Assembly: GCA_963678065.2 (NCBI GenBank) | Contig: CAXXVZ010000005.1 | Location: 1,088,001 to 1,152,000, forward strand | Source of the DNA: Treponemataceae bacterium | GTDB taxonomy: Bacteria > Spirochaetota > Spirochaetia > Treponematales > Rectinemataceae | Direction: 5' to 3' | DNA: 64,000 nt | Shown here: positions 17,955-28,564 of the stretch, piece after piece | Layout of the letters: the number at the start of each line of letters is the position of its first letter | Numbering within the stretch: the first letter of the stretch is position 1 | Program-made: the position numbers and the translations under genes | Notes under the pieces: model-generated | The model's input: only the letters and a program-made list of their open reading frames with translations | The model's database searches: none | What the model was told of the DNA's origin: nothing

Positions 17955-20342
17955 ATGAACAGTCGCCTCGAGCATCTCAAGGATGAGATTCTCTCAGCAG
18001 AACCGCGGCTCTGCGTCGAGAGGGCGCGGATATATACCCGCGTATACCGGGAGAGCGAGAGCCTCCCCATCGCGAGGAAGCGGGCGCTCGCCCTCCGCGC
18101 GACGCTCGAGGAGAGCGGCATCTACATAAACGACGGCGAGCTCATCGTCGGCAACACCGCCTCGCGGGCCAGATCAGCCGCGATCTTTCCCGAGTACGCC
18201 GTCGCCTGGATCTTCAAGGAGATCGACGGCATCGACGACAGACCCGCCGAGTCCTACGGAGCCACGGACGAAATGAAGGCCGAGATCGTTGAGCTCTGTT
18301 CCTGGTGGAAGGGCAGGACCCTGCAGGACAGGGCCGAAGCCAACTTCAGCCCCGTCCTCGAGGCCATCAACGAGTCGGGTATCGTCCACGCCGAGGGAAA
18401 CATGACCGCCGGCGACGGACACATCGCGGCCAACATGGGCCGTGTCCTCGAGCTCGGTATCGGCGGCTACGCGGCCTATGTCCGGCGCATGAACGACGCC
18501 CTCGACCTCGTCGGCTACGAGGACCTCAAGAAGCGCCAGCTCTACCTCGCCATGCTCGACTCGCTCGCCGGCCTCTCGACCTGGATCCGCCGCTACGAAG
18601 CCCTCGCCCGTGACCAGGCCACGGCCTGCACAAACCCCATCCGCAAGACCGAACTCGAGGAGATCACCCTGACCTGCTCAGGCATAGCTGAGGATGCCCC
18701 GACCAGCTTCCGCCAGGCCCTCCAGCTCACCTGCTTCATCCAGCTGGCCCTCCAGATCGAGTCGAACGGCCACTCACTCTCCCTCGGGCGGATGGACCAG
18801 TACCTCTATGACTTCTACCGAAAAGACGCCCAGTCGGGGCTCATCACTCCCGAGCAAGCCAAGGAACTCCTCTCCTGCACCTGGCTCAAGCTCCTCGCCG
18901 TCAAGAAAGTGCGCTCCTGGTCCCACACCCGCTTCTCCGCGGGCGGCCCTCTTTATCAGAACGTGACGATCGGCGGCGTCACCCGGGACGGGAGGGACGC
19001 GGTCAACGAACTTTCCCACCTGATTCTAGAATCGGTGGGCGACATGAAGCTGACCCAGCCCAACCTCTCTGTCCGCTACCACAGAGGCATGAGCGACGAG
19101 TTCCTAAAGGCTGCCATCGAGGTCATCAAGCGCGGTTTCGGGATGCCCGCCTTCAACAACGACGAAGTGGTCATCCCCGGCATGCGGAAGCTCGGCGTGA
19201 GTCTCGAGGACGCCCGCGACTACTCGGCCATCGGCTGCATCGAGGTGGCCGTACCCGGCAAATGGGGCTATCGCACGACGGGCATGAGCTTCCTCAACCT
19301 GATGCGGGTCTTCCTCGCCACGATCAACGATGGAAAGGACACGAAAACCGGCCAGACCTTCCACGGCGGCACGGGATCCCTCGAGTCCTTCAGGAGCTTC
19401 GACGAGCTGATGGCCGCCTGGAAGGACCAGCTCGCCTACTACGCGAAGGCCTCGGTCGGGATCGACACAGCCATCGACACAGCCCTCGAGGAGCTCGTGC
19501 CCGATATCCTCTGCTCGACCTTCACCGACGACTGCATCGCCCGCGGCAAGCACATCAAGGAAGGCGGAGCGGTCTACGACTACGTTTCCGGCCTCCAAGT
19601 CGGGATCGCGAATCTCGGGAACTCCCTGGCCGCCGTCAAGAAATTCGTCTTCGAGGAGCGCTCCGTCACGCCGAAGGAGCTTCACGACGCGCTCGCGTCG
19701 GACTTCGCCGACGCAAGCGGAGAACTTCTCCGCTTGCGCCTCCTCAACCAGGCGCCGAAGTACGGCAACGACGATGACTACGTCGACTCCCTCGTCGTCG
19801 AGGCCTATGGCGCCTACGTCGGAGAGATGGCCAAGTACCACAACACCCGGTACGGGCGCGGGCCCATCGGCGGAGGTTACTACCCCGGGACCTCCAGCAT
19901 CTCGGCCAACGTCCCCTCCGGCTCGGTCGTGCCGGCTACGCCGGACGGACGCCACGCCTGGACTCCCCTCGCGGAGGGCTGCTCGCCTACGCAGGGCACG
20001 GATACCCGCGGGCCCACCGCCGTCTTCAAATCGATAACGAAGCTCCCCACGATGGACATCTTCGGGGGCGTCCTCCTCAACCAGAAGCTCACGCCCCAGA
20101 TGCTCTCAGGCGACGGGCAGAGGGACAAGCTCATCGCCCTCCTCCGAACCTTCTTCGACGATTTCACCGGCTGGCACGTGCAGTACAACATCGTCTCGCG
20201 CGAGACCCTCCTCGACGCCAAGAAGAACCCCGCGAAGCATCGAGACCTCGTCGTCAGGGTCGCCGGCTACTCGGCCTATTTCAACGACTTGGCCGCCGAG
20301 ACGCAGGACGATATCATAGCCAGGACCGAACAGGAGCTCTGA
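17955..20342 (+). CDS. ybiW: Glycyl radical enzyme, YbiW/PflF-like
   Basis: AEGNMT.GD.H, QIESNGHS, PLYQNVTIGG, GCIE, GKWGYR.TGMSF, VRVAGYSA match my recollection of E. coli YbiW. Confidence 0.82.
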   Translation: MNSRLEHLKDEILSAEPRLCVERARIYTRVYRESESLPIARKRALALRATLEESGIYINDGELIVGNTASRARSAAIFPEYAVAWIFKEIDGIDDRPAESYGATDEMKAEIVELCSWWKGRTLQDRAEANFSPVLEAINESGIVHAEGNMTAGDGHIAANMGRVLELGIGGYAAYVRRMNDALDLVGYEDLKKRQLYLAMLDSLAGLSTWIRRYEALARDQATACTNPIRKTELEEITLTCSGIAEDAPTSFRQALQLTCFIQLALQIESNGHSLSLGRMDQYLYDFYRKDAQSGLITPEQAKELLSCTWLKLLAVKKVRSWSHTRFSAGGPLYQNVTIGGVTRDGRDAVNELSHLILESVGDMKLTQPNLSVRYHRGMSDEFLKAAIEVIKRGFGMPAFNNDEVVIPGMRKLGVSLEDARDYSAIGCIEVAVPGKWGYRTTGMSFLNLMRVFLATINDGKDTKTGQTFHGGTGSLESFRSFDELMAAWKDQLAYYAKASVGIDTAIDTALEELVPDILCSTFTDDCIARGKHIKEGGAVYDYVSGLQVGIANLGNSLAAVKKFVFEERSVTPKELHDALASDFADASGELLRLRLLNQAPKYGNDDDYVDSLVVEAYGAYVGEMAKYHNTRYGRGPIGGGYYPGTSSISANVPSGSVVPATPDGRHAWTPLAEGCSPTQGTDTRGPTAVFKSITKLPTMDIFGGVLLNQKLTPQMLSGDGQRDKLIALLRTFFDDFTGWHVQYNIVSRETLLDAKKNPAKHRDLVVRVAGYSAYFNDLAAETQDDIIARTEQEL

Positions 20343-21322
20343 TGGCGATGGCGGAGAGAAGGTACAGGATAGGCGTCGACCTCGGGGGAACGAAGCTCGC
20401 GGTCGGCGTCGTGGACTCTAAAGGGAGAATCGTCGGCGAGGCCGTGACCTACGACCACAAATGCCTGGCCGAGGAAGCGGTGCTGGACTGCATGGAGCGG
20501 AACATCGACGCGGCCCTGTCCAAGGCGGGATCCAGCCGCGCTGAAGTGAAGGGCGTCGGCGTCCTCTTCCCCGGCCACATACGCTGGCCCGAAGGCGTGA
20601 CCCTCACCACCTCGAACCTGCCCGGTTTCAAGGGCTTTCCCTTGCGCGAGAGGATGGAGGCGCGGCTTGGGATTCCCTGCCTGGCCGACAACGACGCAAA
20701 CGCTCAAGGCCTCGGCGAGTACCGCTACGGGGCGGGAATCGGCCTCGACCCGCTCGTCTTCCTGACCGTGTCCACCGGCATAGGCGGCGGCATCGTCATC
20801 GACGGCAAACTGTACCGCGGATTCACCGGGACGGCTGGCGAGTTCGGTCACATGATCGTCGACGCCTCCGGAGGCGGACGATGCACCTGCGGGAACCGCG
20901 GCTGCCTCATGGGCGTCGCTTCAGGCATCGCCCTACCCGAAACAGCCAGGCGCCTGGCCGACCGCCTCGAGCGCGAAGGCGCCTGCACCGATCTGCCGGG
21001 CGACTGCGACGATTTCTCCGGGCTCGACGGAGCCACGCTCGCCGCGGGTTGCGCCGACGGGAACGAGCTTTGCCGGGCAGTGGTGGAGGAATACGCGCGA
21101 TACATCGGCATAGGCATGTACAATGTTTTCCAGGTCCTCAATCCCCAAGGCATCGTCCTCGGCGGCGGCCTCCTGAATCTCCCCGATTTCTTCTTCGATA
21201 CGGCGGTCGCGACCTGCTACGATCTCGCGGGCCCGATGATGTACGACCGCGTGGTGATCAAGCGGGGCCTTCTCGGCGGCGCGGCGGCGGTCATCGGGGC
21301 AGCTGCCCTATTCGAAGCATGA
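20342..21322 (+). CDS. ROK-family sugar kinase
   Basis: GVDLGGTK, DNDANA, STGIGGG, GEFGH, CTCGNRGC motifs. Confidence 0.92.
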   Translation: MAMAERRYRIGVDLGGTKLAVGVVDSKGRIVGEAVTYDHKCLAEEAVLDCMERNIDAALSKAGSSRAEVKGVGVLFPGHIRWPEGVTLTTSNLPGFKGFPLRERMEARLGIPCLADNDANAQGLGEYRYGAGIGLDPLVFLTVSTGIGGGIVIDGKLYRGFTGTAGEFGHMIVDASGGGRCTCGNRGCLMGVASGIALPETARRLADRLEREGACTDLPGDCDDFSGLDGATLAAGCADGNELCRAVVEEYARYIGIGMYNVFQVLNPQGIVLGGGLLNLPDFFFDTAVATCYDLAGPMMYDRVVIKRGLLGGAAAVIGAAALFEA

Positions 21323-21333
21323 GAAAGTGAAAC

Positions 21334-21373
21334 ATGGGCCCTGCTGGACTTGAACCAGCGACCTGCGGATTAT
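21334..21373 (-). repeat. 3' fragment of tRNA-Ile(CAU), att-like scar 1
   Basis: Minus strand ATAATCCGCAGGTCGCTGGTTCAAGTCCAGCAGGGCCCA covers the T-arm and acceptor end. 38/40 identical to 29929-29968. Confidence 0.85.
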
Positions 21374-21486
21374 ACGATCCGGTAGATGCCCGTTACCTGT
21401 ATACATTGGGAGAAGCTGCATCCCTTGATCCCTGAACGCGTATTTCATGACCGCAAGGCAAGCCGGCAAACATCATCGCGTTTCCC

Positions 21487-22467
21487 TCATTGCCAGGGTA
21501 TGATCTGGCAATGAGGGAAAGACGGTGAGTTCGCGATCGTTTGAATGACGTACTTCGTCAGCGCGGCGTCGTCGACATCGATGGCGAAACGATGCGGGCC
21601 GCCGACCGGATCGAAATCGATGCTCGTCACCCCATAGGCCTCGTCGCCGTCGAGGCCTATGTCTATCCTGCAGGATTTGAAGCTGAATAGACCAGGGTCG
21701 TAAAAATAAGCGATCGGAAAGGCGTCGTGGAAGTAGCCGGCGCAGTAGTCCTGGCCGTACAGCTCAGCCTTGAACCGCATGAAGCCCAGGACGCTTTCGT
21801 GGATGTCCCTGACAAGAGGCGAATCGGAGGCCGCCCAGGGAGCGAGATCCTGCGGAAGCACCTTGCGCTTCTTGGTGACATCGAGTCCAAAGACCCTGAC
21901 CGGCAGGCCTGAACCGAATATAATCGCGGCTGCCATCGGATCGACCCAGATGTTGAATTCGGCCAAGCCGTGCAGGCCCCTGACCTCTCGGGAACCGCCC
22001 ATCATGACGATCTCCTCGATCTTCGAGACGATCGCCGGCTCCTTCGCCAAGGCCATCCCGAGGTTCGTGAGAGGGCCTATGGCGACTATCGTCAGAGGCG
22101 CGGGTGCTTCGGCGAGAGTCTTCAGGATCAGGTCGACGGAATCGATTTTCGGCGCGTCCTCAGGCCTTACGACCTTCTCCTCAGCCGCCCTGTCCCACAC
22201 TTCGAATTTTATCTTCGACCGCGGATCGAGGGGCATCGCCGAACTCCAGGCATGGGGGATGGAGGACATTCCGATCCGCGACAGAAATCCGTGCAGATTG
22301 CGGCTCGCCCTTTCCGGTGAGACATTCCCCCCTACCGGCGTGATAGCGGCGATTTCCAGTCCAGGGATGGACATGGCGAGGATGAGGGCGAGAACATCGT
22401 CGGCGTCGGCCTTCGGTGATCCGAAGGCGATATCGGTGTCGATGAGGATGGATCTCCGTGCGTTCAT
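21487..22467 (-). CDS. Nucleoside hydrolase (IU-NH family)
   Basis: ILIDTD...DADD, IGPLTN, MMGG, AEFNIWVDP, HD motifs. Start MNARR. Confidence 0.9.
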   Translation of the reverse strand: MNARRSILIDTDIAFGSPKADADDVLALILAMSIPGLEIAAITPVGGNVSPERASRNLHGFLSRIGMSSIPHAWSSAMPLDPRSKIKFEVWDRAAEEKVVRPEDAPKIDSVDLILKTLAEAPAPLTIVAIGPLTNLGMALAKEPAIVSKIEEIVMMGGSREVRGLHGLAEFNIWVDPMAAAIIFGSGLPVRVFGLDVTKKRKVLPQDLAPWAASDSPLVRDIHESVLGFMRFKAELYGQDYCAGYFHDAFPIAYFYDPGLFSFKSCRIDIGLDGDEAYGVTSIDFDPVGGPHRFAIDVDDAALTKYVIQTIANSPSFPHCQIIPWQ

Positions 22468-22610
22468 AGAGGCTCTCCCGAAACGAGAACTATCCCCGAA
22501 GGGCCGCGCCTGGATGCCGTCTTGGGACGACGCCGCGGCAATGTCCGGGGTGCGGCCCGGCAGCGCCCGAGGCGTCGTCGCGCCGGTCCCCAGACGCATA
22601 TCGCTCCGAC

Positions 22611-23891
22611 CTACTCGTTCAGCAGCTTGTCGATCGCCTTCTGGGCATCGGAGAACACGCTGTCTATGTTCTGGCCGTTGACCCACACCGCGTCGAGGGC
22701 GGACTTGACGACATTGATCGCTTCATTATAGCCGGGATTCGTCGGGCGCCCATCGGCGAAGGCCATCTGGTCGATCGCCACCTTGAACTGCGGCAGCGCG
22801 GCGTATATGGCCTTCATTGTCGGAGAGTCGATAGCGCTTTTGCGGCTCGGCATGTATCCCGTTTTGGAGCTCGTGAACACAGTCTGTTCGGTCGCCGTCG
22901 CCCACTTGAGGAATTCCCAGGCCGCGTCCTTTTCCTGCTTTGTTCCCTTGCTGGAGATCAGGATATTTGAGCCTCCCACCGAGGTTCCATAGTTCGCGAA
23001 CTTCGGCATGAAGGCCGTGTTCACCGTGAAGCCGGCGTTTTTGCCCATGCCCATGAAGGTCGTGATCCCCGCCGTCGAGTAGAACCACATGGCCGCCCTC
23101 TGGTTCGTGACATCCGACATGATCTTGGCGGAATCGGCGCTCGCCATGACCCGGATGTAGCCCGCATCCTTGAGATCCCTCCAGAACTTCACCGCGTCGC
23201 GGGACGCCTTCGTGTTGATGTTGGTGGTCTTCTCATCGTCGCTTAGTATGGAGGTCCCGGCCTCGAGGAGAATTACCTCCATAAACCAGGGATCGCTCGC
23301 CAGGGTGAGTCCGTAGGCGCCGGTCTTCTCCTTGATGGTCTTGCAGTAGCGGGCCAGATCATCCCAGGTCTTCGGCCCCGCAGGGTCTAGGCCGGCCTGC
23401 TTGAGGAGGGTCGTGTTCATGTACAGGATGAGGTTTGAGGACATGAAGGGCAGCCCGTAGAGCTTGCCGTTGTACTTGCAGCTCTTGAGGAAGGAGGGCT
23501 GGAAATCGCCGACATCCAGCTTGTCGGCGGCGACACGGGCGTCGAGGGGTTCCATGAGGCCGCTCATGGCCATCATGCTGGTCACGCCCACGTCCAGCAC
23601 GAAGATGTTGGGCGGATTGCCGGCGATGGTGGCGGCCTGCACCTTCTGCAGAACATCCGAATATCCTCCCTGCGTGGACCCGGTGACATGGATTCCCTTC
23701 TGCTTTCCCACGGTCTCGTTGAAATTCTTGATCAGGGTCTCGTTGGTTTCCTGAACCACGCCTGAATATGCGTACCAGTAATTGAGCTCTATGGGCTTGG
23801 CTTGCGCCGCCAGGGTCTGAGCCCCCAAGAGCGCCAGGGCGATAGCGGCCAGGAAAACCCCAGCGCCGCGAATCTCAAGACTCCTTGCCAT
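22611..23891 (-). CDS. ABC transporter binding protein (UgpB/CUT1-like)
   Basis: Signal peptide, GKLYGLPF, PKTWDDL, AWEFLKW. Confidence 0.88.
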   Translation of the reverse strand: MARSLEIRGAGVFLAAIALALLGAQTLAAQAKPIELNYWYAYSGVVQETNETLIKNFNETVGKQKGIHVTGSTQGGYSDVLQKVQAATIAGNPPNIFVLDVGVTSMMAMSGLMEPLDARVAADKLDVGDFQPSFLKSCKYNGKLYGLPFMSSNLILYMNTTLLKQAGLDPAGPKTWDDLARYCKTIKEKTGAYGLTLASDPWFMEVILLEAGTSILSDDEKTTNINTKASRDAVKFWRDLKDAGYIRVMASADSAKIMSDVTNQRAAMWFYSTAGITTFMGMGKNAGFTVNTAFMPKFANYGTSVGGSNILISSKGTKQEKDAAWEFLKWATATEQTVFTSSKTGYMPSRKSAIDSPTMKAIYAALPQFKVAIDQMAFADGRPTNPGYNEAINVVKSALDAVWVNGQNIDSVFSDAQKAIDKLLNE

Positions 23892-23911
23892 ATCCGACTC
23901 CTTTAGTAGAG

Positions 23912-24748
23912 CTATTTTTCACCCATATAGGTGAAGGCTTTCGTTATCCTTTGCTGAGCGATGAGGTAGATGAGCAAGACGGGGACGATCAAGATAAGAT
24001 TGCCGGCCATCACGACGTTGTAGGGTATGGATATTCCGCTATCCAGCAACTTCAGCGAGGCTACACCCACGGGAAGCGTGCGAACGGCCTCGCTTGTCGT
24101 GAGCACGAGGGGCCAGAAGTAATCGTTCCAGGTGCCGATGAAGGTGATGAGGCCGAGGGCCGAAATCGTGGGCATCGCTATCGGGATCATGATGCGTAAG
24201 ATGATGGAGAGTTCCGAAGCCTTGTCCATGCGAGCCGCTTCGAGGATTTCCTCCGGCACCTGCCTGAACGTCTGCCTGAGCATGAAGATCCCGAAGGCGC
24301 TCGCCGCCTGCGGCAAAATGAGGGACGCGTAGTGGTTGATGAGGCCGAAGCGGTTCATCAGCAGAAACACGGGCAGAAAGACCAGCTGCGGCGGGATCAT
24401 CACCGAGGCCAAGGTGAGCCCGAAAAAGATGCCGCTGCCCTTGAAGCTGTATCGGGCGAAGGCGTAGGCCGCCGGCACGACCGTGAAGACTTGGCAGAGG
24501 ATGATGGACCCCGAGACGAGAATGCTGTTCCAGAGGTATTTCCAGAAGGGGAAGGCGCCGAAGGCCACCGCGAAGTTATCCCAGCTGGGATGGGCCGTCC
24601 AGAAGGTCGGCGGGAACTGGAGCATCTCCCCCTTCGATTTGATAGCCGTCAGGGCCATCCAGTAGAAAGGGACGAAGTACACGAGGAAAATCAGGAGGGA
24701 AACGAGGAGTCGGCCCGTCAGCGAGGCCGCGCGTCGCGATCGTATCAT
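23912..24748 (-). CDS. CUT1 ABC permease (UgpE-like)
   Basis: EAARMD loop, WNDYFWPL. Confidence 0.9.
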   Translation of the reverse strand: MIRSRRAASLTGRLLVSLLIFLVYFVPFYWMALTAIKSKGEMLQFPPTFWTAHPSWDNFAVAFGAFPFWKYLWNSILVSGSIILCQVFTVVPAAYAFARYSFKGSGIFFGLTLASVMIPPQLVFLPVFLLMNRFGLINHYASLILPQAASAFGIFMLRQTFRQVPEEILEAARMDKASELSIILRIMIPIAMPTISALGLITFIGTWNDYFWPLVLTTSEAVRTLPVGVASLKLLDSGISIPYNVVMAGNLILIVPVLLIYLIAQQRITKAFTYMGEK

Positions 24749-24757
24749 CGCCGCCCC

Positions 24758-25624
24758 CTATCGGTAATGGACCCTGCGGTCCAGAACCATGAAATACGCG
24801 ATGGTGAACAGCCCAATGAACAGCATCATGACGACGCCCACGGCCGAGGCGTACCCTATCTTGAAGAACTGGAAACCATTCTGGTAAATGTAGTAGACGA
24901 AGGTGTTCGTCGAGTTGGACGGTCCCCCCTGGGTCATCAGGGCCACGGTCTCGAAAGCCTTGAGGGAGGCGATCATGTTCGTGAGAGCGAGGAAGAAAAG
25001 CGTGGGGGAGATCATCGGCAAGGTGATCGAGCGAAACACCGAAAAAGGTTTGGCCTTGTCGAGCTCGGCGGCTTCATAGAGGTACTCCGGAATAGCCTGG
25101 AGGGCCGAGGCCAGGATCAGCGTGTTGAACCCGAGACCTTTCCACACCGACACGACAACCAGGGAGGTGAGCGCCACGCGGCTGTCGGAGAGCCAATCGA
25201 CGGGTTTGATCCCGAATAGGCCGAGGATGAAGTTCAGCAGTCCATAGTCTAGATCCATGAACCAGAGCCAGATGAGGGAGACCGACACCAGGGAAATGAT
25301 ATAGGGGGCGAAGATCGAAGCCCGGAGGAAGCCGTTGAGCGCCGTCTTCTTTCTGAGAAAGAGAGCGACCGCCAGGGAGATGACGATCGAGAGGAGGACA
25401 CTCAACGCCATGTAGTAGAGGGAGTTGGAGAAAACCTTGCCGAATTCCTTGCTTGAGAGAAGATCCGCGTAATTCTTGAGTCCTATAAAGATCTTCGGAC
25501 CGAGCATGTTCCATTTGAAAAAGCTCAGGTAAAGCATGTAGATGATGGGGTAGAGGGCGAAGATCGCGAAAATGGTCATGGCGGGGGCGATCATAACGTA
25601 GGGTCTGGCCTTGAGGGCTTTCAT
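24758..25624 (-). CDS. CUT1 ABC permease (UgpA-like)
   Basis: Start MKALKA. LYEAAELD, TQGGP motifs. Confidence 0.9.
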   Translation of the reverse strand: MKALKARPYVMIAPAMTIFAIFALYPIIYMLYLSFFKWNMLGPKIFIGLKNYADLLSSKEFGKVFSNSLYYMALSVLLSIVISLAVALFLRKKTALNGFLRASIFAPYIISLVSVSLIWLWFMDLDYGLLNFILGLFGIKPVDWLSDSRVALTSLVVVSVWKGLGFNTLILASALQAIPEYLYEAAELDKAKPFSVFRSITLPMISPTLFFLALTNMIASLKAFETVALMTQGGPSNSTNTFVYYIYQNGFQFFKIGYASAVGVVMMLFIGLFTIAYFMVLDRRVHYR

Positions 25625-26676
25625 CGGTTCCCCCCCGGAGCCGGGCTTTCCATGCTGTTTCCATCGCCATCGAAGGAAAAGAGATCCTTCTTGTCCACAT
25701 AGATGAATACCGGCCCGTAGGGGATCCTGCGATTCTCGTACAGCTTCACCTGAGCCTTCCACCCGGGACCGTTGACCTGATAGAGCACCTCGGATCCCAG
25801 CATCTCGTGGGTGACAAGCTCGCCGGGGAAAACGGAGGCCCCCGAAGGCACCGCGGACCGATCCACGGTGATCCTGGCCTTTTCAGGCCTAAAGCCAATG
25901 TGGCGAGACCCGGGCGAAAGCGCGGAGGTCGCCGGATCCGCGTCGATGATGTTCATCGGGGGCGTCCCGATGAATCTCGCGCTGAAGACATTCGCGGGTT
26001 TGGCGTATAGTTCCTCCGGGGTGGCTTCCTGGCGGATCTTGCCTTTTTCAAGCAGGATCACCTTCGTCCCCAGCGACATCGCCTCCACCTGGTCGTGCGT
26101 CACGTAGACGAAAGTGCTTCCGAGCCTCCGGTACAGCTCGATCAGGTCCTTCCTCAGCTGGCCTCGAAGCTTCGCGTCGAGGTTCGAGAGCGGCTCGTCC
26201 ATAAGAAAAATCCGCGGCTGCTTGACCATGGCGCGCGCCAGGGCGACACGCTGGCGCTGCCCGCCCGACAGGAATTGAGGCTTTTTCTTCAAATATTCGC
26301 CGAGGCCGACAAGCTCCGCGATTTCGGCGATACGCCTGTCCCTTTCCTTTTTCGCTATGCCGTTATTTTTGAGGCCGTACTCGATGTTTTCCCTCACCGT
26401 CATCGTCGGGTAGAGGGCGTAATTCTGGAAAACCATGGCGATGCCCCGGTCGCCAGGCGGGACCTCGCGCATGCTGGCGCCATCGATGAGGACTTCCCCG
26501 GCCGATGCCGTCTCGAGTCCGGCGATCAGCCTGAGAATGGTGGATTTGCCGCAGCCGGAAGGGCCAAGGAGGACAGTGAAGCCTCCATTTTCCATACGGA
26601 GGTCGAGGTTTTCGAGGACCTTCTCGGAGCCGTAGCTTTTATGAATTCCGCGCAACTCGATCATTGGAGTACTCAT
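25621..26676 (-). CDS. ABC ATP-binding protein (UgpC/MalK-like)
   Basis: GPSGCGKST, VFQNYALYP, LSGGQRQR, DEPLSNLDAKLR. Confidence 0.95.
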   Translation of the reverse strand: MSTPMIELRGIHKSYGSEKVLENLDLRMENGGFTVLLGPSGCGKSTILRLIAGLETASAGEVLIDGASMREVPPGDRGIAMVFQNYALYPTMTVRENIEYGLKNNGIAKKERDRRIAEIAELVGLGEYLKKKPQFLSGGQRQRVALARAMVKQPRIFLMDEPLSNLDAKLRGQLRKDLIELYRRLGSTFVYVTHDQVEAMSLGTKVILLEKGKIRQEATPEELYAKPANVFSARFIGTPPMNIIDADPATSALSPGSRHIGFRPEKARITVDRSAVPSGASVFPGELVTHEMLGSEVLYQVNGPGWKAQVKLYENRRIPYGPVFIYVDKKDLFSFDGDGNSMESPAPGGNR

Positions 26677-26758
26677 GCAACCTGCTCCCGCCCCGCCGGG
26701 ACGCTCGCGCTCCGGCAAGATAAACTAATCTTCCACATCCGGGCATCAATCCCGGTAG

Positions 26759-27646
26759 TCAGGCATAGTTCGCGAAAAAGACGATGACATTCTTCTTTGC
26801 GACATCGGGAATATAGTGGAAGAAGGCAAACGGCTTGACGTATCGGTAGCTTCCGTCCTTCCTTTTGTCCTTCCACGCCTCGTAGAGCTTGTCGCTTCCC
26901 TCGCTCCCCACGAGAAAATCGAACCGCATGTTCTGGACGATGACGGCGACCTTGTCGTTCTTGACGACCCTCGCGAGGAGGCTCGCTTCCTCCAGTTCCT
27001 TGTTCCGCCGCGCTATCTCGGCAGGATCGGTCAGATGCTGGATCTTGTGGTTCTCACAGTAGGAAAGCCCGAGTTGGTAATTCATCAGATCCCGCGAATC
27101 GGGAGAGGATATGGTCGGCGCTATGGCCCGAGGCGTATATTTTCCATTCACCAGGTAGTCGTAGGCGACGAAGCCGCCCATCGAGCGGCCCACGATGGAA
27201 AAACGTTCGGCATCCACGTCGGAATTGGCCTTGTAGTATTCAATGAGAAAGTCGATATCGGCCACGGATCGTTCAACAATTTGCAAGATGGAGTACCTTC
27301 CGGGCTCGTTCCTCTCGCCATGGGCCAAGGCGTCCGGAGCGACGACGAAATACCCTTTGTCCGCGAGCCGCATGGCGAAGTTCGCCATCCTCTCCTTGAA
27401 GGAGCCGTAGCCGTGGGTCATGAATACGAGGGGCTTGCCTTTGGGCGAACCGACGCAGTATTCTAGGACAGGGATGTCGCCTACGCGCTTCTTTTCGCGG
27501 GTGGCCTTGCTTACTAGGTTCTGGTAGACGCGTTTCAGCGGAGTAAGGTGAAGAAGCTCATAAAGCAGTGTAAGAATCGCCGTAAAATACATCTGTCCTT
27601 TCGCGATTTTCCTGATTGATGGGTCGGCCAACTTTATTTTGTTCAT
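26759..27646 (-). CDS. Alpha/beta hydrolase
   Basis: HGYGS oxyanion motif, GRSMGG nucleophile elbow. Start MNKIK. Confidence 0.8.
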   Translation of the reverse strand: MNKIKLADPSIRKIAKGQMYFTAILTLLYELLHLTPLKRVYQNLVSKATREKKRVGDIPVLEYCVGSPKGKPLVFMTHGYGSFKERMANFAMRLADKGYFVVAPDALAHGERNEPGRYSILQIVERSVADIDFLIEYYKANSDVDAERFSIVGRSMGGFVAYDYLVNGKYTPRAIAPTISSPDSRDLMNYQLGLSYCENHKIQHLTDPAEIARRNKELEEASLLARVVKNDKVAVIVQNMRFDFLVGSEGSDKLYEAWKDKRKDGSYRYVKPFAFFHYIPDVAKKNVIVFFANYA

Positions 27647-28494
27647 GCCGTAAATCCTTCGAAGATGATGGAATCGTATTTTGCCAAAAGTCGAACGGAA
27701 TCCTCTGGCCTCTTGACGGTCCAAACCGCCACCATGGCGCCGAGGGTCATGCAGATTCGCAGAGGCAGGCCGGCGTCTTCGAAACGGTAGGAAATAAAAT
27801 GCGGCCTCGATGTATAGTTGTACAGAAGCCATGAAAGCATTCTTCGCCTAATAAGGGGGATGGATGCGGCGCCTTCTTTCCCAAGGGCGCGTTTGTAGGT
27901 TTCGAAACCAAGGGCAAGCTGCCCGCGCATCACCTTCGGGCGGTTATTCTTGAACCAGGAAAGAACATTCGCGTCGAAGCTTTCCACCAGATAATCGCCT
28001 TCATATCCGTCGAGAAGCCGGGACGCGGCCTCGCACAGAGGGCGGACATCGGCGCTTCCGGGGAGCCCTGTCTTGAATTCGATGAGCAGCGGCACGCTGC
28101 CGTCAACAAGAGATAGCAACTCCCTCAAGGTGGGGATTTTATGATCGGTCGACAGAAGAGAAAGAGCCTTGAGCTCCGCGAGCGACAGGGCTTCGACCTT
28201 CCGCGCGTCGCCGCACATGCGGGCGAGCGTGTCATCGTGGAATACCACGACTTCTCCGTCGCTCGTGAGATGGATATCCAACTCAATCCCGTACCCCATG
28301 TCCCTCGCCACGCCGAAGGCCGCGAGCGAGTTTTCGGGGACCTCGGTCTTGTTATCGAACATGCCTCGATGAGCATACTTGCGGCCCTTTAGAAGAACTC
28401 GCATTTCGGGGGTTGGCGAGGCTGGCCAGAGCATCCATAACAAGAGAGCCACGACAAGTACAATCACGGCAAGCACGACAGCGATCGATATCAT
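27643..28494 (-). CDS. Glycerophosphodiester phosphodiesterase, N-terminally anchored
   Basis: AHRG, PENSLAAF, ELDIHLT.DG..VVFHD, IEFK; N-terminal TM helix. Confidence 0.92.
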   Translation of the reverse strand: MISIAVVLAVIVLVVALLLWMLWPASPTPEMRVLLKGRKYAHRGMFDNKTEVPENSLAAFGVARDMGYGIELDIHLTSDGEVVVFHDDTLARMCGDARKVEALSLAELKALSLLSTDHKIPTLRELLSLVDGSVPLLIEFKTGLPGSADVRPLCEAASRLLDGYEGDYLVESFDANVLSWFKNNRPKVMRGQLALGFETYKRALGKEGAASIPLIRRRMLSWLLYNYTSRPHFISYRFEDAGLPLRICMTLGAMVAVWTVKRPEDSVRLLAKYDSIIFEGFTA

Positions 28495-28564
28495 CGATGC
28501 GAACCCCTCTCTCGACTCCAGAATTGTTGAATTATTGATCTAGATTTGAAGGCTGTCAAGAAAA

